Shown here piece after piece: positions 60,686 to 64,000 of a stretch of 64,000 nucleotides of DNA. Source of the stretch: Terriglobales bacterium (GTDB lineage Bacteria > Acidobacteriota > Terriglobia > Bryobacterales > Bryobacteraceae); assembly GCA_027485675.1 (NCBI GenBank), contig JAIXQP010000047.1, forward strand, positions 24,659 to 88,658, given 5' to 3'. Every line of letters starts with the position of its first letter. The first letter of the stretch is position 1. Made by a program: the position numbers and the translations under genes. Below the pieces are notes generated by a model. That model did not search any database. It was given only the letters and a program-made list of their open reading frames with translations, and was not told the origin of the DNA.

Positions 60686-63676
60686 TTAACTGGCTCCACG
60701 TTTGGTGAGGAACTGGGGACTTGACAGTATCGTATCAATCAAAGCGCCGAAACGGTTGCCGTTGGCGGCGAGGCGGGCGCGCATCTGCTCCACCGTGATT
60801 TCATCGGAAAGTTGCAGCGAACGGCCGAGGGCGTAGGCAAGCAGCTTGCGGCAGAGATTGTCCTGGAAGTCGTTTTCGCGCTTCAAGCGGATGTAGTCCT
60901 GGACGCCGGCGAGGCCTTCGCGCTGGGCGCCATCGGGGAAGGCGGCTTGGATATCGACGGGGCGGCCGCCGAGATCCTTTTCGCGCTTTTCGCCGATGGG
61001 GCCGTAGCCTTCAAAGGCGAGGCCGAGCGAATCGAAGCGGGCGTGGCAGCCGGCGCAACTCGGATTTTCGCGATGTTTGGCGAGCATTTCGCGGAGCGGG
61101 AGATCGGCCTTGGCTTCATCGGCCGGGAGTTCCGGGACGGAGGCCGGGGGCGGCGGGATCATCTCGCCGAGGACGCGCTTGGCCACCCAGTAGCCGCGCT
61201 TGACGGGGCTGGTGCGGAGGCCCGGAGCGTTCTGCGTGAGGAAGACGGACATGGGCAACAGGCCGCCGCGGCCATAGCGGCCAGCGTCTTCGACGCGCTG
61301 CCACTGGTCCGGCTTGCCCTCGACATCGGGCATGCCGTAGTGCCGGGCGAGGACGGCGTTGACGAAGGTGTGCTTGCCGTAGAGCAGATCCAGCGTGGGC
61401 CGGTTCTGCTGGATGACGTCGGTGAGGAAGCGGATGGGCTCTTCGAACATGGCCTGGCGCAGGTCGTTATCGAAGGCGGGGAAGCGGCCGCGGTCGACGG
61501 CGTTGTGCTCTTCAAAGCGGCGGAAGCCAAGCCAGTGGCCGGCGAACTCGGTGGCGAAGCGGGCGGCGCGCGGATCCTTCAACATGCGGCGGGCTTGGGC
61601 GGCGAGTCCGCCGGGCTGGCGGAGCTGGCCGGCGGCCGCGGCGCGGAGGAGTTCCGAGTCCGGCACGCTCGACCAGAGGAAGAAGCTGAGTCGGCTGGCG
61701 AGGGCGGCGTCGGAGAGGGGCTGGGTCTTCGAGACCTGGCCGGGGGTGAGGTCGATGCGGTAGCTGAAGTCGGGGGACATGAGGATGCCGACGACGGAGT
61801 CGCGGATGGCTTCTTCATGGGTGAGGCCGCTCTTTGCGCGCATTTCGCGGTAGTAGGCGAGGAGGTCCGTGCGCTCGGCTTCGGTGAGGGGGCGGCGGTA
61901 GGCGCGGCGGGCGAAGTCGAGCAGGGCGTCGAGATGTTTGGGTTCGGAGTCGGCGCGGGCCTTTTCAATGGCGCGGATGGCGGCATTGACGAAGGCGAAG
62001 TGAGCGGGGATGGCTTGGAGGGCGACGGGGTCGTTCGACGGGTCCGCCTTGGCTTTGGCCATGTACTGCGCTTGCAGGCCCATGATGATGGACTCGTGGG
62101 TGATGGGCCGGTCGGCGGGGCGTTCGCTGCCGGATTCGCGGCCGTTGCCGAGGATTTCGCCGCTTTGGTTGAAGTAGTACTGGGTGTAGGTGCGGATGGT
62201 GTGGTCGGCGATGAAGTCGAACTCCTGCCAGAGCGTTTCGAGTTCGGCGGTTTGCTTCGGGTCGAGGATGAGTTCGCGGAGGGGCTGATCGTCGCGATAG
62301 TAGCCCATCACGTTATGGAAGCCGGCGCTGAGGAGGCGGCCGGTGTCCTGCGTGAGATCGGGGAAGAAGCGGCCGCGTTCACTGATGAAGAAGGCGTCGG
62401 GGAACAGATCCGCGAAGCGGGCGAAGGCGGCTTCGTACTGGGGCCGCTGGCCGGCGGGGACGCGGAGGGGCTCCTGGTCTTCGAGGCGGGAGGCGATGAG
62501 CTTAGCGGCGGCCTGGCGGGCGACGACGTCGAAGTTGCCGGGGATGAAGAACTGGCCGCGCTTGGGCGCTTCGGGAATCACCGGCAGGGGCTTGCCCTCT
62601 TCGAGCAGGGCGTCGCGATCGAAGTCGCGGCGGTGGCGGGCGAACTGGTTGAGCTTCCAGTTCATGAGGGGCTGGGAGGTGGCGCTGAGGCCCTGGACGA
62701 GCGGGCTGCCATAGTGTTTCGCGGTGAGGGCGCGGACGCGGAGGACGTAGTCCCGCATGTCGACGGTGGCCTCGCGGGCGAGGGTGAACTGGCCGGGCTT
62801 GGGGGTGGGGAGTTCGCGCCACATTGCTTGGAGTCTGGCGAGCGGGCCGACGGTTTCGCGGGAGGCTTCGAGCATTTGCCAGATGCGGGGCAGGTACTTG
62901 GGGCTGACCTTCAGGCGGGCGGCCGTGGAGGCGAGCGTGGCGGCGGGTTCGCCGAGGATGAGGCGATGCTTGAAGCGCCAGGCGGCTTCAAAATAGGCGG
63001 CGTAGTCGGTGGGCTGGCTGCGGTAGAAGTTGACGATGCGCTGGATGGCGTACTTCTCGCGGTCGGTTTCGACGAGCATGGGGTGGGGCGCGAAGTCGAT
63101 GCCGTCCGGCGTGAGGACGAGATGGTTGCCGACTTCGCGGGCGGCCTGGAGGTACTTATTCAAGAGGGCCGGGGACATGGCGAGGGATTCGCCGGTGTTG
63201 TCGAAGCCTTCGGGGTTGGCGGGGTCGACGGGGAACTCGCGGGTGGGGCGGATGTCGACGCCGGTGAGGTCGCGGACGGCGTAGTTGTACTCGGCGTTGC
63301 TGAGGCGGCGGGCGAGGACGATGCCGGGGTCGCCGGCGTGCTTGCGGGCTTCGTGGTGACGGACGGCCTCGACCCAGTCGATGACGCGCTTGCTGGCGGC
63401 GGCTTCGGGATGCTTCATGGGCTTGGGAGGCATGTCGCCGGCCTTGAGGCGTTCGGCGACGAGGGCCCAGCGGGGATGATCCTTGACGACGTCGGCGAGC
63501 GTGGAGTAGCCCTTGAAGTTGAGCTGCGCGGCGGGCGCGGAGCCGCTATGGCAACTGACGCAGTAGGTGGCGAGGAAGGGCTGGACGGTTTCCGAGAACC
63601 GCTTTTCGAGGCCGACCTCGATGGGTCCGGCGAACGCGGCGGTGAGGCTGGCCATCGCCAGGCAGAAGGATTTCAT
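60686..63676 (-). CDS. DUF1587/DUF1592/DUF1595/DUF1588/DUF1585 multidomain secreted protein with two CxxCH motifs
   Basis: 996 aa. Signal peptide. ATYCVSCHS; RRLSNAEYNYAVRDLTG (DUF1587-like); GYWVAKRVLGEMIPPPP and NPSCAGCHARFDSLGLAFEGYG (DUF1588/1585-like). Confidence 0.85.
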   Translation of the reverse strand: MKSFCLAMASLTAAFAGPIEVGLEKRFSETVQPFLATYCVSCHSGSAPAAQLNFKGYSTLADVVKDHPRWALVAERLKAGDMPPKPMKHPEAAASKRVIDWVEAVRHHEARKHAGDPGIVLARRLSNAEYNYAVRDLTGVDIRPTREFPVDPANPEGFDNTGESLAMSPALLNKYLQAAREVGNHLVLTPDGIDFAPHPMLVETDREKYAIQRIVNFYRSQPTDYAAYFEAAWRFKHRLILGEPAATLASTAARLKVSPKYLPRIWQMLEASRETVGPLARLQAMWRELPTPKPGQFTLAREATVDMRDYVLRVRALTAKHYGSPLVQGLSATSQPLMNWKLNQFARHRRDFDRDALLEEGKPLPVIPEAPKRGQFFIPGNFDVVARQAAAKLIASRLEDQEPLRVPAGQRPQYEAAFARFADLFPDAFFISERGRFFPDLTQDTGRLLSAGFHNVMGYYRDDQPLRELILDPKQTAELETLWQEFDFIADHTIRTYTQYYFNQSGEILGNGRESGSERPADRPITHESIIMGLQAQYMAKAKADPSNDPVALQAIPAHFAFVNAAIRAIEKARADSEPKHLDALLDFARRAYRRPLTEAERTDLLAYYREMRAKSGLTHEEAIRDSVVGILMSPDFSYRIDLTPGQVSKTQPLSDAALASRLSFFLWSSVPDSELLRAAAAGQLRQPGGLAAQARRMLKDPRAARFATEFAGHWLGFRRFEEHNAVDRGRFPAFDNDLRQAMFEEPIRFLTDVIQQNRPTLDLLYGKHTFVNAVLARHYGMPDVEGKPDQWQRVEDAGRYGRGGLLPMSVFLTQNAPGLRTSPVKRGYWVAKRVLGEMIPPPPASVPELPADEAKADLPLREMLAKHRENPSCAGCHARFDSLGLAFEGYGPIGEKREKDLGGRPVDIQAAFPDGAQREGLAGVQDYIRLKRENDFQDNLCRKLLAYALGRSLQLSDEITVEQMRARLAANGNRFGALIDTILSSPQFLTKRGAS

Positions 63677-64000
63677 GGATTGACTCCGAAGGTATAGACG
63701 ACGCTGCCGTTGATGATGGAGACGTATTGCTGGTTATCGAACCGGTACGTCATGGGCGAGGTGTGCAGGGATTCGGTGAAGGGGAAGCTCCAGAGGGGCT
63801 TGCCGGTTTTGGCGTCGGCGGCGGCGAGGGAGCCGCCATCGTCGCCATAGATGACGAGGCCGCCGGCGGTGGTAAGAGTGCCGGTCCAGGTATCGCCGGG
63901 GCCGTGCTGGGGGAGTTCCCAGACGACTTTGCCGGTTTCGATATCGAAGGCGCGGAGGAACTTCTGGGGCTGGTCGTTCGGGTCGCGGCGGCCGCCGCCG
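63673..64000 (-). CDS. PQQ-type beta-propeller (quinoprotein-like) protein, C-terminal fragment
   Basis: Read by hand from the reverse complement: ...RAFDIETGKVVWELPQHGPGDTWTGTLTTAGGLVIYGDDGGSLAAADAKTGKPLWSFPFTESLHTSPMTYRFDNQQYVSIINGSVVYTFGVNP*. TGA overlaps the next ATG (ATGA at 63673-63676). Open to the window edge. Confidence 0.7.
   Translation of the reverse strand, partial: GGGRRDPNDQPQKFLRAFDIETGKVVWELPQHGPGDTWTGTLTTAGGLVIYGDDGGSLAAADAKTGKPLWSFPFTESLHTSPMTYRFDNQQYVSIINGSVVYTFGVNP

Noticed and set aside
60812-63697. 961-aa plus-strand ORF opposite the DUF1592-type gene. Similar cases are 33804-35363 (+), 33007-34620 (-), 1714-3336 (+) and 16815-18110 (-).
   Set aside because: All are antisense or out of frame relative to genes with strong family signatures. 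All have Gly/Ala/Asp/Glu/Arg-dominated compositions. None has a credible start context.

Overview
GC-rich, very gene-dense chromosomal segment with about 52 CDS and almost no non-coding DNA. It is most likely from an Acidobacteriota genome. That is an inference from a 'VWFA-related acidobacterial domain'-type protein, an ADOP-type duplicated orphan MacB-like permease, and several Planctomycete-type DUF1501/DUF1553/DUF1552/DUF1592 modules. All family calls come from motifs I recognise by eye; no searches were run. Housekeeping blocks are metH (truncated at the left edge, missing from the ORF track), apbE-hemE-hemY, purQ-purL-purF, an aminotransferase and lysA. There is also a late flagellar module flgM-(flgN-like)-flgK-flgL and an F1Fo ATP synthase sub-operon (b'-b-delta-alpha-gamma-beta-epsilon) without the a and c subunit genes. 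I found no rRNA, tRNA, CRISPR array, IS element or prophage, and no canonical defence system. The many long ORFs antisense to recognisable genes are high-GC shadow ORFs. The best candidates for undescribed biology are: (1) tandem paralogs of unknown family, with a Tat leader on the first only, coupled to a secreted AbgB-like M20 amidohydrolase (29063-33032); (2) a translationally coupled pair of mono-haem CxxCH proteins, one fused to a PHM/DBH-like copper monooxygenase fold with all Cu ligands apparently present (40087-42025); (3) two different 'giant cytochrome-c-domain protein plus Tat/sulfatase-like partner' modules, one coupled by ATGA to a PQQ-type beta-propeller gene (51148-54938 and 59353-64000); (4) a four-gene coupled envelope operon of membrane protein, GHMP kinase, CPBP protease and BamE-like protein (3703-6922); (5) lysA translationally coupled to a two-component system, a transglutaminase-core protein and an ADOP permease (33033-40070). 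A lower-GC FkbM methyltransferase gene with atypical codons (58331-59317) looks horizontally acquired.
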